From: Asterias rubens
Taxonomy: Eukaryota
DNA length: 64,000 bases
NCBI RefSeq assembly: GCF_902459465.1
Contig: NC_047071.1
Location: forward strand, 10,726,001-10,790,000
Direction: 5' to 3'
Part shown: positions 1-12,215 of the stretch, in pieces
Numbering within the stretch: the stretch's first letter is position 1
Layout: the number at the start of each line of letters is the position of its first letter
Notes under the pieces: model-generated
Databases searched by the model: none
Seen by the model: only the letters and a program-made list of their open reading frames with translations
Told to the model about the DNA's origin: nothing
Program-made: the position numbers and the translations under genes

Positions 1-134
1 GACTATCTTCAATCATGAAGGCTGCACTAGAAAGGAACTAGTCTTGGAATCAAGTCTGTAATTGTTAAGCGCGGTGTGGTCACGGGGGCGGTACACTCAT
101 CCTCGATCCCAGTATGTGTGTGTGAGTCAGTGGT

Positions 135-316
135 AATAGACCGATCCATTAAGCTCAGCCCCGTTGCGTATTCACCAATCACAACACAACGAAGGTCTGA
201 CATGCGTGCGCGTATGCTTGGCGCGCGCGGCAGAGTCGTGCAGAAAGGCATTGGAGAGCCCCACGTGTTCTTGCTCACACGTGCGTCATGGGCGGAGCCT
301 ATTGGATCGGTCTGTT
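135..316 (+). mobile_element. ~180-bp MITE with AATAGACCGATCCA terminal inverted repeats (copy 1 of 3)
   Basis: TIRs AATAGACCGATCCA...TGGATCGGTCTGTT. The same internal sequence recurs at 6238-6422 (inverted) and 24382-24576. Confidence 0.8.
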
Positions 317-452
317 ACTGCCATGCGCTACCAACAACCGTTGCATGAATGCATAATCGCACTGTGACTGTTGCATGAGCGGCAGAATGTGTATTTGTGA
401 TAGGCAGCGCCTAACGACTTATCATCAAGTCTAGAAAAGAAGAAGAACTTAC

Positions 453-3400
453 AGTTTGTTGCGTAGATCTTGAGTACTTGAAGTGAAGGTTGTAAGATCT
501 CAAAGTTTCCTGTGTTGGTGCGTATAAGGCCGAATGTAATTGGTAAGGCGCCACTCAGCCTAGCTTTCACACCAAACTTCCTGTCTGTAAAAGAGAAACA
601 ATTAAAATTAAGACTAAATAACGCAATGCTAACAGCTACACGGATCATATCAAAACAGATTTGAATGTCTTTTTACTTTTTCCATCGTGATCAAACGACA
701 ACAAAATGTTAGTTTTCATTCCCTTTGTTCATTCAATAAATATTTTAGAAGAATTTTATATATTAATTGTATATATTTTATCAAAGATGAGAGTCACAAA
801 AAGGTCTGAAATTAGGATCCAAACTTAAGGAGGCATGTTGAAATGAGGATATTTGAACCCCTATAGTTACCTATTTCAAAGAAATTTTTGGCACACTATT
901 AAACAGTATCCTCAGTTAGAGAGAAGAGGGGGGAAATTTCCATAATCAGGGAGGTTGTCAAATAAGTTCATCAGAACATGAAAAGTTTGGTTTACTTTTA
1001 GGTAACTTTCTGCAGACTTGGGGAGAGTTGGCAGCTCTGATAATCAGAGGAAGTGTCGTGGCCGAGCGGTTAAGAGCACCGAATTCAAACTCTGGTGTTT
1101 CTGATCAGCAGAGTGTGGGTTTGAATCCCCAGCCGTGACACTGTGTTCTTGAGCAAGACACTTAACCATTGCTTCGTCCTTCGGATGGGACGTAAAGCCG
1201 TTGGTCCCATGTGTTGTGTAACGCATGTAAAAGAACCCAGTGCACTTATCGAAAAGAGAAGGGGTTCGCCCCGGTGTTCCTGGTTGTGGCTGCTTAATGC
1301 GCCATAGCACCTTGTAAACCCTTTTAAGGTGCTAAAAAATCTTTCTGAAAGTTTGTATATACTCAGCGCCTTGAGTACCTTGTTTGGTAGATACATGCGC
1401 TATATAAGACTTCGATATTATTATTAATCAGAGGGTGATATTTTGGGGGAAAAAACAACAACACCACAGGGCCTGTTGCTCAGAATGTTGACTGGACCAA
1501 AATGTTGTTCACTAGGCCAAATTCACATGAGAAAAAAAAACACAGCAAAATTCAACATGAATCATTGAGCAACCAGCGTCAAAGTTGCTTCCTGATTCGC
1601 TGCAATCTTTGTTTGCAACACACACCCGCCAAAGCGTAACGTTGCCACCAAAGAGCATTACTCAGTTGAAAAATACAAGACAGCCAGACTTGTCCGGAAG
1701 AAAGTTTACTACATGTACACAAACACTAAAATCACTGGCTTCGGCCTGTGGTCTAGGGGTAACTTCCAGCCCAGTGCCCAGTTTCAACAAAGAGTAAGGA
1801 CAGAGAATTCAAAGAGCTACTTTTAACAGACATGTGAGTAACTATCCATGAAAAGAGGAACAGAGACAACCGGGCAAGAACATGAAGAAAAAAAGAGGAA
1901 AAGACTATATTCCTATACTTTTGTACACAGAAAGTAAAGTAAAAAAAGAGGAAAATCAAAACCCAAAAAGAGGAAATCAGCTGTTTTACACGTAAGTAGT
2001 TTTTGTGCTTATTGTACGAGCTTCCATTTCATAGTGACAATAAGAACACAAAAAGGCATGATAATCTAAACTGGCCGCCTAAATTTTCTTGCTAACTTAA
2101 GAAATACCTATGAAGTATGCTAACTTCAGAAGTAAGCATATTTTTCTGCTATAATAAGCATGTAAATTTACTTACACTTAAGCAGCACTATGAACTTGGG
2201 GCCTGATATTTTTATTTTGGGGATGGGGCGGACTTTTAAGGGTGACAGAATTTGTTTATAATCAATACCTTTCGGGGCCACTTTGCTGAGGACTTGATGC
2301 AGTGTAATCATGAGCTCATCCGATACTGGCTGGCCACGAGATGCTGTCCCAAGGGCAGTGAGTAGAATCTGAGTGGCTCTGTGAGTCACAAAGATCGAAG
2401 CTCGCTTACCCGTGAATAGTATCTCCAATAACGTTGATGAAACGTTGAGAGACACATTGCTATCTGTGGAACTCTGGAAGAATCAAAACCAAAGTGAATT
2501 ATGGTAAAGGGAGACTTTGGAAGATGGCAGCAGACTTACCGGGTAAGTTTTCATTGTTTCATTGTTCTGAGCACGCGCACTATAACCAGGAACAATGGAT
2601 TTACCTGGTACATGTAAGTTTGCTGCCACCTAGAGTCCCTCATTGGGAAAACTCCAGGACTGATACTTCACGTCGAAGGCAACGTCGAAGACAATTCTCT
2701 CCATGCCCCCTGGTCATTGCCTAGGTGCCCTTGAAATGCTATTAGAAATTTACAATTTCCTCACAGGGTGCCCTGTACCAAGGGGAAAATGCCTTGGTGT
2801 CCTTTCAAAAACAAAGCATACAGGCCTGAAACTCTTTCCTAATATTAAGGCCAATAATAATACCTATATTATATCTATCAATAAGGTCAGTTAGGCGCAT
2901 AGAGCTATATATATTGACAAGAGCGCTAACTTGCTCTGCGTTTTGATGTGTTGCGTGACTACGGAACAAAATAGTTATTTAGAGAACACACATTGCCTTG
3001 ATTTTTTTTACACTCGGCGTGTGCGCATATGATACGTACAAGACTGCCTATCGCGTAGTCCGCGCTACGAAAACCTTAAGTTCGACTTTAAAAAAGTATA
3101 CGCGCCTTCTAAGCATGACGCACATGACGCTCGCAGTTTGTACGCTCATCATCAGATTGTGCGTTTACATTTGCTGCATTTTACGCTCATCAGCAGATTG
3201 TGCGTTCACATTTACTGCATTTTTTGGTTCGATGACACATACTTGACACAGAAAAGAACAAAAACACTATCATGCAAATAGCCGTACAATTGCCGTACAA
3301 AATTTCAAGCTTTTGTATTGGTTGTACATAAACATGGATGCGCCCACACGACTGCAAAACCTTAGTGCCTGTATAACGGGGTGTTGGCGCTCTAGTCAAT

Positions 3401-6400
3401 ATATACATGTATACACGTAGCTGAACAAAGAAAGAAAGAAAGATACTAAAGAATGTCACTGTAACTAGTCACATTCAACCATGTGTTAAATTCTCTGGCC
3501 AAACGATGGCCGAATAATGAACTGCGTTGAGAATGGCAGGGAAACATTTTGATAAAGCTTGGCATACATTCAGAGTGTTCAGCTTGACTATCGGTAGCAA
3601 GAGAGATCACAAACGACTATCCGCAAAGATAATCTGACTGAACAATGGAACAATAGATTTAATCTATGAACAAATGGGTTCCCAAAGTTCAGCTTTGACA
3701 TTTTGAGGTGAACAACTTTTGAAAGTTCCTGACTGAACGAGCAAAACCTGTTAAAGATAGAGTCATACTCACCTCCAGTGTAGAAAGTAGAATCTCTAAG
3801 CCGTTTGTATTTTTTGATATTATCTGCTTGCGGACTTGTTCTGCGTTGAAAAAAATCAATGGTCAACATGGTCAAAGCAATAAATATAAAAGGAAGCTTT
3901 AAAAAAAAAAGTTGTGATGTCACTATCAATATTATTTTCATTTTGCAAAGGGCACTTCCATAAGAAAATCATGAAGTCTATGGGAAACTTTTAAAGGGGC
4001 ACCAAGGCCAAAACCAGGGGTATAGAGGCACTGGCCTCCGTGAAATTCCAGACCTGTATACAACAAACATGATAAAGAGCACTGCATGCCTAAATTAATT
4101 ATCTAACCTTTTGCGAACAATTGTCATCACATCACACATTAACTGCTGTACTTTGGACAATATAAATCTGATGACAATGTTATCTCAAGTGGCTTTCTTT
4201 GTGTACAGAAAAGTATCAACCCTGTTGATAGACTCTTATTCTATTGTTGGTTTAGCCAACACATACATTACAGGTAATGTCAGAAATTTAAGGCCAAACA
4301 AAATAAATGTTGTGTTTACGGTAACCCGACCGACCTCATTTTTTTGCGGCCAAATTGCCGAACTCAAAACTTTTTTCTAAATATTTTGTGAGTTGGTAAA
4401 ATTAAAAATGAGAATTTTAACATGTTGCCTCACTTTAAAACTATTTATCACGACTTAGGGCCTACCAGTGTAATGCATTTTTGCGATAGGCCCCTAATCA
4501 TGGCGATATCAAAACTTGCTTCAAAATATGAACAAATACCTCGAAATTCAAGAACTTAACAAATAAAAATAATTAACAAAATAAAATTATTTTCCTACCT
4601 ACCTACCTACCTGGAATTTTTTCAGGGCGTTACAGTAAACACAACATTTATTTTGTTTGGCCTAAAGTCTTTGAAACTGTAATCGTTCTGATATTTGAAT
4701 TACTGTGTTTTCAAACAGATATGCAACTTTGTTTTTACCAGAAAACAGTGAGGAACGGCAATTCAAAGTACGTTTAACACACCTTCTGCGTACTGTATTT
4801 TAACGGCATTTTTAGAGTAAAAGTAAAGAGAGGATTTTTACATAAATGTAGCTGATCTGAAAACAAGTTGCATGACTTGTTTTATGTACTGTACATACAC
4901 AACCATTAGTTATATCACTTCCATGTAGTTTGCTTTGAACTTTATGTCTGGTCAACAAACATTATTATAATATTATCATTAAATGTTTTCTTACGTCAAC
5001 AGGGTGCAGTACATAAGTTGATACATGTACATGTATATCAAAATGTGTTAATGTTGGGGGTTTTCTTCTGACACAGAAAAAATCTTGCTTATTTAGCAGA
5101 AACATGTTATCAGCTAATTAATGTATGTTGTATCATTTCATAAAAGTTTACAATGTTGCAATTGGTACCCCTATAATTTCTCTAAGCAGTATTTTCTGCT
5201 AAACAGCTTTATGAAACTGGGCCCTGGTGTATACATGTATTAAAGAGCAAATAAAGGATGATCTCAATATTTCAACTATTACCTTTTGTATGGTCAAATA
5301 GATATCGTAGATAGGCCTACCGGTTAATAACCATTTTACTCTCAAAATTTGCATTTAGTAACGAATAACTCGAGTCAAAAATGCACCGGGCCGCGCGGCT
5401 TTTTCAGCCAAGAGTCAAAAACGGCTTATATATTATAATGACCTCTTGACGCCAGTGACGATATTCCCCTAATTGGGTGTGAACACAGTTCTCCAGCTTT
5501 GGCAAACTGAGGGCGCTATTTTCCACACCAAAGAGCCGCCACTGACGTCAAGATTCCTTTGTCGCTCAGGTTTGTTTGACCCCGCGTTTTTTAGAAATTT
5601 GGCTAGAAGCGTTCTGTAGAAAAAGCATTTTTACCATGTTTTAACGTGAGGTAAGAGACTCGTTAATGTTTTTTTAATGTTTTCTATGGACTCCAGCTAT
5701 TAATAGCTGTATTTGAGATCATCCTTTACTGGCTGTTTAAAGTGAGGGCTCAGTAAAAGTGCCTTATTTTTTACCTTGGTCTTTAGTACAGTGTAATATT
5801 TTGGCCGTAGTGTAGCGCATCTGTTCCACATCATCAGAGCTGGAGCTGTTCAGCTTCTCCAAAGAGTACAGCAGTGTCCCAATTCTGGATCTGGTCACAA
5901 AATTATATTAATAACAGTGGTCAATTATGATGTGCCATACAATACCTACATGTCTAAAAGAACCTCCTGATGCAGAAGCGATGTAGAGCAATTAGGCCTA
6001 CAATAATTAGATACATGAACATTTAAGCAAAAATATTAACATAATTTTGTTAATTTCAATTTTACATTTGAGATGTTTTCTTGGAAAGTAATTCTCCAGT
6101 ACTCTCTTGTTGTCAGGCTCAGGGGTTTTACACTTTCTCACATGCCTGAGGACTAAGGACAGTGAGGCAAGGTCTCGTGTCTTTGATCAATTACTGTTCC
6201 TCACTGCATCTTTTGTGTATTCAAATACATCTCTTTCAATAGACCGATCCAGTAGGCACCGCCCACGACGCACGTGTGTGAGCAAGAACATGTGAGCCTC
6301 TCCAATGCCTTTCTGCACAACTCTGCCGCGCACGCCAAGCATGTCGGACCATAGTGTCGGACCTTCGTTGCGTTGTGATTGGTCAATACGCAATGGGGCG

Positions 6401-7127
6401 GGGCTTAATGGATCGGTCTATTCTGTCGAGTATCTATTATTACCCATACACGTATGTACATGTATAGGCTCCTCAATATAAGGCAAATGAAATCAATCTT
6501 CCCTTAGAGCTCGGTTCTAATACATTGTAAAAACAGTTTAATTGTGACACCCTGTAGATAGCTTACAATGTCTCATTTTGATTCTGGCCTTGTAGGCCTA
6601 ACACAATTCTGGCCCCCAATTTTTTTGTAATCTACTTTAAAAGCCTGCAGTCTTGTGGATGTTTCTCACAAAGATGAGAACTGGAGGTGCATCAGAGACA
6701 AAAGATACATGCACATGTATCACACCTGGTTCAGACAGGTACTCCAGAGTCACGCCGAACCAAATAGACTAGGAGCAACTCTGGGTCGTCCCAATTAAAT
6801 TTTGGTTTCAGACAGGCGAACTAAACGGAACATTTACATTAGGTTCGGCTCATGACAAGATCGACGTCTGAAATTACAGCGCTCCAGAGTCGTTCCCACC
6901 AACTGCAACCGTCGATATTTCAACTTCTAGCACGTCCAGTCGCTCCTAACTGATTTAGATGTCAAACTTTTCATGTACTTAATTCAGAATTCGGGTCGAC
7001 GCAACTCTGGAGCGCCTGTCTGAAGCAGGTGTACATAAGATTTGTTAGATTTATTTCATGTTAAAATCATAATGACTCACCCTGGTGTGCTTAAAACTTT
7101 CTCCATCTTGGCTTTGCTCATCTTCAT
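453..7127 (-). CDS. AGTPBP1: Cytosolic carboxypeptidase 1 (CCP1/Nna1, AGTPBP1-like), N-terminal armadillo-like region, partial (continues beyond the left edge). Coding exons: 7127-7081, 5890-5775, 3840-3773, 2473-2269, 584-453
   Basis: Five GT-AG exons join in frame (phases 2,1,0,1,1) to give MKMSKAKMEKVLSTPGSRIGTLLYSLEKL...RYTTAKILHC...NGLEILLSTLE...[31 protein letters not shown]...LQVLKIYATN. This matches the recalled vertebrate AGTPBP1 N-terminus (SRIVGLLAQLEKI, GMEILLSTLE, KDKKFGVKARINGAL). The start may be 7121 (MSKAK). One invertebrate gene may be co-orthologous to AGTPBP1 and AGBL1. Confidence 0.9.
1053..1424 (+). mobile_element. Full-length tRNA-derived SINE (Deu-type core, L2-like 3' tail) with 10-bp TSD
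   Basis: A-box-like GTGGCCGAGCGG, B-box-like GGTTTGAATCCC, core GAGCAAGACACTTAACC, tail GCGCTATATAAGAC...(TAT)n. TAATCAGAGG is repeated at 1041-1050 and 1425-1434. Confidence 0.85.
2655..2828 (+). mobile_element. ~175-bp CAG...CTG MITE family with 6-bp TSD. Other copies: ~3935-4056 (inverted), 11244-11419, 22165-22366, ~23860-23960, ~29990-30110, 41878-42053
   Basis: Imperfect ~15-bp TIR CAGG(C/A)CTGATACTTC / GAAGCATACAGGCCTG. AAACTC flanks both sides here. The shared core TTGCCTTGGTGCCCTTGAAATGCT is present in all copies. Confidence 0.75.
2907..3405. mobile_element. ~500-bp TA-flanked MITE in an AGTPBP1 intron
   Basis: Left ATATTGACAAGAGCGCTAAC vs reverse complement of right end ATATTGACTAGAGCGCCAAC, set in (TA)n. 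Contains an internal 41-bp direct repeat at ~3141-3222. Confidence 0.6.
4292..4662. mobile_element. PIF/Harbinger-type MITE, 371 bp, TAA TSD
   Basis: 34-bp TIR GGCCAAACAAAATAAATGTTGTGTTTAC(G/T)GTAAC with one mismatch. TAA at 4289-4291 and 4663-4665. Confidence 0.85.
6238..6422 (-). mobile_element. AATAGACCGATCCA MITE, copy 2 (inverted)
   Basis: Reverse complement of the 135-316 element; both TIRs intact. Confidence 0.8.
6722..7032. mobile_element. ~310-bp MITE, unclassified
   Basis: Left ACACCTGGTTCAGACAGGTACTCCAGAGT vs reverse complement of right end ACACCTGCTTCAGACAGGCGCTCCAGAGT. Confidence 0.7.
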
Positions 7128-7665
7128 GCAATTACGAGGCAACCGTTGAGGATGTTACAAACTCAACAACTGACTTGGAAGTTGTTCCCCATTGCCATAA
7201 TCCACAGTTGAGTTTCACTGGTTTATTTAGTCACAGATTGTTCTGCAGGGGGACAACAAAAAGTATTTGAAATGAAAGGCTTTTGTTTTTGTAATACATA
7301 AACATTATTATGGTTTTTAGGCCTGGAATTTTCTCTTCAAGAAGGTAAGGCAATTTTCATTTTTCAAAGGGAAATTCCTGATGATTTGTCACTGTTCAGC
7401 ACAGGGGCTCGACCTGAAACTGAAACCTTAACCTCAGGAAGTTCTGGTTAAGCCAGAGTGTGTTCAACTGCTGGAATTAACTCATGAGGGAGGCAATAGA
7501 ATTAGAAGCTACATGTACCAGTGTAAACACAATCAAGGGCAATGTAGACAAATTTTAATTGTACTATTCAAGAAACCAACAAAAAACAGTCCCGCACAAC
7601 TGCGGGGGGAACATCTGGAGGAAGGTGCAAATGTAATGTTCATCGCATGATGCTGCAATTTACCA

Positions 7666-8312
7666 CAGACCTACCAGGTCTCACGCATTATGCGTGAGAC
7701 TCACGCATTTGGGCTCTGTCTCACGCTCACACGCACAGCAACCATTTTCTCACGCATTGGGGCCAGACCGGGAAAAAAATAAAAATTAACGACAATGCAT
7801 TGCCAAATCGCGCTTGTGTGTACAAAAAACGCAATCTACAATGTTTGCACAATCTTCAGATTGCACGCAGTTTATCAGAATCATCAACTTGAGCTGCCGT
7901 ACAAACAGAGCGCAAATTTGCAGATTGCAAAACGCTTATTGCGCATGAGTTTTTCCCGATTCGTTTAGCATATTCGATAAATGCGCTCCACTAGCAGAAG
8001 AATTTTGGACATCATTTTTAGTCGATTTTTTTGTATTACTTTGGGGGGAAATAATCTGACCCAATCGTACCTCCACATTAACCATCAACATCTCCTGTGT
8101 ACCTCATGTGAGTTTTAATTATTCTGAAGAGGTTTGTGATGCATTTTGAAACACTTTTTTGTCCACAATTGAATTTCTGCAAAAGTTGGGCGGCATTTCG
8201 ATAGGCCTTCTAAAACTGGCAATTTTTTTTCGGGGAAGTGGGGGGGGGGGGGGGCGGTGGTAAGCGTTGAAAAAATCTCACACATAGCTGGCCTTTGGAC
8301 TTGGCATCTCTG
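7666..8312. mobile_element. 647-bp non-autonomous DNA transposon, CAGA...TCTG termini, perfect 9-bp TSD
   Basis: Short TIRs CAGACCTACCA / TGGCATCTCTG. AATTTACCA at 7657-7665 and 8313-8321. Subterminal TCTCACGCA repeats. Confidence 0.8.
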
Positions 8313-8795
8313 AATTTACCATTTTGAACAAAAAATATGTACATTTATGTACGTACATGTTTCATCGCCCAAAAAAACATTTTATTTCTGATTTGCTTAC
8401 TTAATCACGACTGTTCGTATTAAGAAATTTTTATTTGATTGCAATTTTATTCAGATCAAAACACAGCAAGAACATGGCAAAACAAACTAAACAGTAACAC
8501 TATTAGTATTTTTAAGAGTAAACTTCAAGCTATGGATATGGGTAACATCATCAGGGGGGGCTCACTTCATGTAAATCATTGCTGCTCAGTCACCTGCACG
8601 TGTACATCCCGATATGTGGAGATTGTGCAGTAAACCACCAGAACCAGAACCAGAACCACACACAGTAATATAATAAGTAAGAGGATGGTTACAATGAAAA
8701 TAAATAAACAAGTAGGATAATAATGATCATGATAACACAAAAATCATCCAACCAAGGATAGCCCCAAACACATTGTGCTGTGTTTACTGCTCTGC

Positions 8796-8856
8796 TAGTT
8801 GCGATAACGTAAACCCTCCTGCCGACGGCGCCAGGATGGTTACGTTATCGCAACTA
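8796..8856. repeat. 61-bp palindromic mini-element. Related single arms at ~21735-21756 and ~22622-22675
   Basis: TAGTTGCGATAACGTAAACCCTCCT...AGGATGGTTACGTTATCGCAACTA. Confidence 0.7.
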
Positions 8857-9597
8857 TTACTGCTCATGCTTTAGGCCTAGTGCTATTGTAATGGTACTAA
8901 TTCTAATACTAGTTAGTCCCCCAGGTATGTAATAATAGGGAGTGTTGTGCTGGAGTGTTACTGTTTTAGATTTCATTGAATCCATCCATAATTGAAATAA
9001 AAGTGACACAGTTTGATTTGGTCTGAAGAAAGAATGTAAAGAACACAATTTCCTTGAATCAAACAAGTACACAGTCGCCATAAGCTGCTGGTAGCAAACG
9101 GCAGACTGCACTAACCACGGAAGCCATAATTATATTTGCCATAGTGCTAGTGCTACACTAGGCGTAAAGAAGAAGTGCAAATTTTGATCTGAATGAAAAG
9201 GGGAGTCACGACAACTCAATGAACTGCCGGTGCGGAGAGCCCGGTGTAATTCGTTTATTTTGTAATTCAAGTAAACTTCGTGATCCCCAGCACAAAGTTA
9301 CCCAATCATATATACAATATAACTCGTGTACAATGTAACATCAAACTCATAAGAATGATGAGAATCAAACTATTTCATTAAGAAGAGGTGATTATAAATG
9401 GATTTGTTACCGGCTTTTTTTCCATAGAGGTGTTTCGAATGTCAACATCCACCATCAATGCAATCGAGCGGCGAACTTTCCTGCGGTTGGGATTGTGTGT
9501 ATTGTACATGCTTGACCTCAGCGCGACACAGTGCCCTGGTGACCGCTGTGGTGTATATTTTTCCCACAGGATAGTAAAGGCAGAGCTGCATGCCTAA

Positions 9598-9726
9598 GGC
9601 CGTGTCCGAAACGGCGACTTCGGCTACAGCTACGGCTAGATCGCGCGCGTCTGCCTATTCTTCAACACTGGTAGACGCGCTGATCTAGACGTAGCTGTAG
9701 CCGAAGTCGTCGTTTCGGACACGGCC
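9598..9726. mobile_element. 129-bp fold-back Harbinger-type MITE, TAA TSD
   Basis: 36-bp arms GGCCGTGTCCGAAACGGCGACTTCGGCTACAGCTAC with one mismatch. TAA at 9595-9597 and 9727-9729. Confidence 0.85.
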
Positions 9727-10159
9727 TAAGCTTACCTGCTACTACTCTATTTCTACCTCCATGATCCAACTGCTGGAAAACTGATCAGTGGTTGCCTTTT
9801 TGAAGTTTTGTGAAGGCCACTTCTGTTCTTAAATGTAATCAGTCAGATTGCTTCAAAATGAATAGAAAACACCCATTAAACGAATGAATTAATTATCAAC
9901 TATTTAGATATTTGAAATTACAGTAATGGAGCAGTGCCACCCCCCCCCCCCGAAAAAAACCCTTAAATGTCTGTGCCCCACCCCTATTCGACATAACATT
10001 TGGGATCTCAGAGTTAAATGTTTCACACTCTGCCTATTTTATTTTGATAGTTTTAACAACTATGTTTCCATTTACACCCTGCCAATGTATGTTTACACAC
10101 ACGCCAGATTGTCTTCCCCCCCCCCCTTAAAATGTTACCCTAGTTATAGTGTCGTAATT

Positions 10160-10485
10160 TGGTGACAAGTAATGGGGAGAGGTTGATGGTATAAAACATT
10201 GTGAGAAACGGCTCCCTCTGAAGTGCCATAGTTTTCGAGAAAGAAGTAATTTTCCACAAATTTGATTTCAAGACCTCAAGTTTAGAACTTGAGGTCTCGA
10301 AATCAACCATCTAAATGCACACAACTTCGTGTGACAAGGGTGTTTTTTCTTACGTTTTTATCTTGCAAGTTCTATGACCGACTGAGCTCAAATTTTCACA
10401 GGTTAGTTATTTTATACATATGTTGAGATACACCAACTGTGAAGGCTAGTCTTTGACAATTACCAATAGTGTCCACTGCCTTTAA
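10160..10485 (+). mobile_element. Kolobok-type ~390-bp MITE, 5'-truncated copy
   Basis: Ends AATTACCAATAGTGTCCACTGCCT|TTAA; body matches the full copies at 33526-33915 and 42605-42991. Confidence 0.8.
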
Positions 10486-11529
10486 CACAAGAGATGGCAT
10501 CAGGAAAGAGGTGATTTGGGCAACAACAAAAAAACTCCACTCTTTAGAATTTATTTGTGTTTAATCATCATTTTAAATCAATTTACAAATGCTGAAGTAT
10601 CTCCATATTCACATAATTACATAACAATTACTTTACAAAACAAACATATTTATATGAAACAATCAAAAGATTCATTTCTAGATACCGTACATGTAGTACT
10701 GTTTGAACAGATTGAGGCTTTCAAATACAGTTTTATTTCATTTTAAAAACAGCGATTATGTCATACAATTTTCAACAAAAGTTCAACAAAGACATTTTTC
10801 ACAGCTGGAAGTGAAGAGGAAAAGATCAATTTTTTCGGTAACTTGAAGCATGATATCAGAACACAAATCACTATGATGATGATGTTGATAACTCATACTA
10901 GGATCAATCGTGGTGCTTTATGAAAATGAGCCAAATGGTCTGCCAGGTGAATTTTTAAATTGATCGCTACACCCTCACTCAACTACGACTGTGAAAATAT
11001 TAAAAGTGGACATAATATACCCTGGTCACACAATATAACTTTAGGTATAACACATTTATGTGGAAATAAATAAACATATGTTCTGATGTTACCCCTGTTA
11101 AGAAATGAATACTTGTTTTAAATCTTACTGAATACAACTCCTTTTATCCAATGGTGTTTTTGGTTTGCCTTTATTGCGCAATACAAATCTGCAGGAGACA
11201 TAGCGAGGGATTTGAAATACAACTGGTATAATCAATTAGGTGACAGGCCTGATACTTTATGGAGGCAAGGACAACAGTTGCCTCCATGCCTCCTGATCAT
11301 TGCCTTGGTGCCCTTGAAATGCTCCAGTAGAAATTTGCAATTTCCTCAGAGAGTGCCCTTTACCAAGGAGAAAATGCCTTGGAGCCCTTGCCCTTTCAAA
11401 AACGAAGCATACATGCATGTTAAGGTGAAAATATCTTTGGTTGGTTCTGAAAAAGAACCGATGTTGTTAACTCAACATTTCGATCAGTATGCTTTGATCG
11501 TCTTTAGGAGAAAGCAGTCAGAAGACGAT

Positions 11530-12215
11530 GCTAACACTCCACCAGCAGATCAACAATATTCTTCTGCACTCAATCTAAAATGAAATGTTCCTGATGAAAG
11601 ATGGCAAGTTTCAAGTTATTTCGGCTTGCTTGTACTGTAGACTACACAGGCAGACACTATAACACTCCATCAACAACATTAACAATACCCTCTGCATTAA
11701 TCTAATTTGAAACGTTCCAAGTGAAAGAAGCCCAGTTTTAGAGTTACTTAAACGTGCTAATACTGTAAACCTGCTTGACTGCTAACACAAGTCGTACCAC
11801 TGGAGTTAGTACTGTAGTACCGTCGATACAGGCAGACTGTTGATCATAACACTTCATCAACAAGATCAACAATGCACTTCTGCATTCTATCAAAAATGAA
11901 ATGTTCCTGATGATGAAAGAAGCCAAGTTTCAAAAGTTACTTGGACTTGCTTGTACTGTAGACCTCCTTGACTGCTAACACAAGTCGCACCACTGGAGTT
12001 AGTAGTACTGTCAACACAGGCAGACTGTTGATCCTAACACTCCACCAATGAGATCACCAATGCGCTTCTGCATTCTATCCAAAATGCAATGTTCCCGATG
12101 ATGAAAGAAGCCAAGTTTCAAAGTTACTTGGATTTGCTTGTACTGTAGACCTCCTTGACTGCTAACACAAGTCGTACCACTGGAGTTAGTAGTACCGTCA
12201 ACACAGGCAGACTGT
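11530..12215 (-). repeat. Degenerate tandem array (~187-193-bp unit, about 3.5 copies) that includes the stop-codon region of the membrane-protein gene
   Basis: The unit TTGACTGCTAACACAAGTCG(T/C)ACCACTGGAGTTAG...CAGGCAGACTG recurs. Stop-codon positions are 12124, 11937 and 11744. Confidence 0.85.

Noticed and set aside
27-367. Overlapping short ORFs at the window start (and at 6107-6393, 24295-24701)
   Set aside because: All derive from the same AATAGACCGATCCA MITE.
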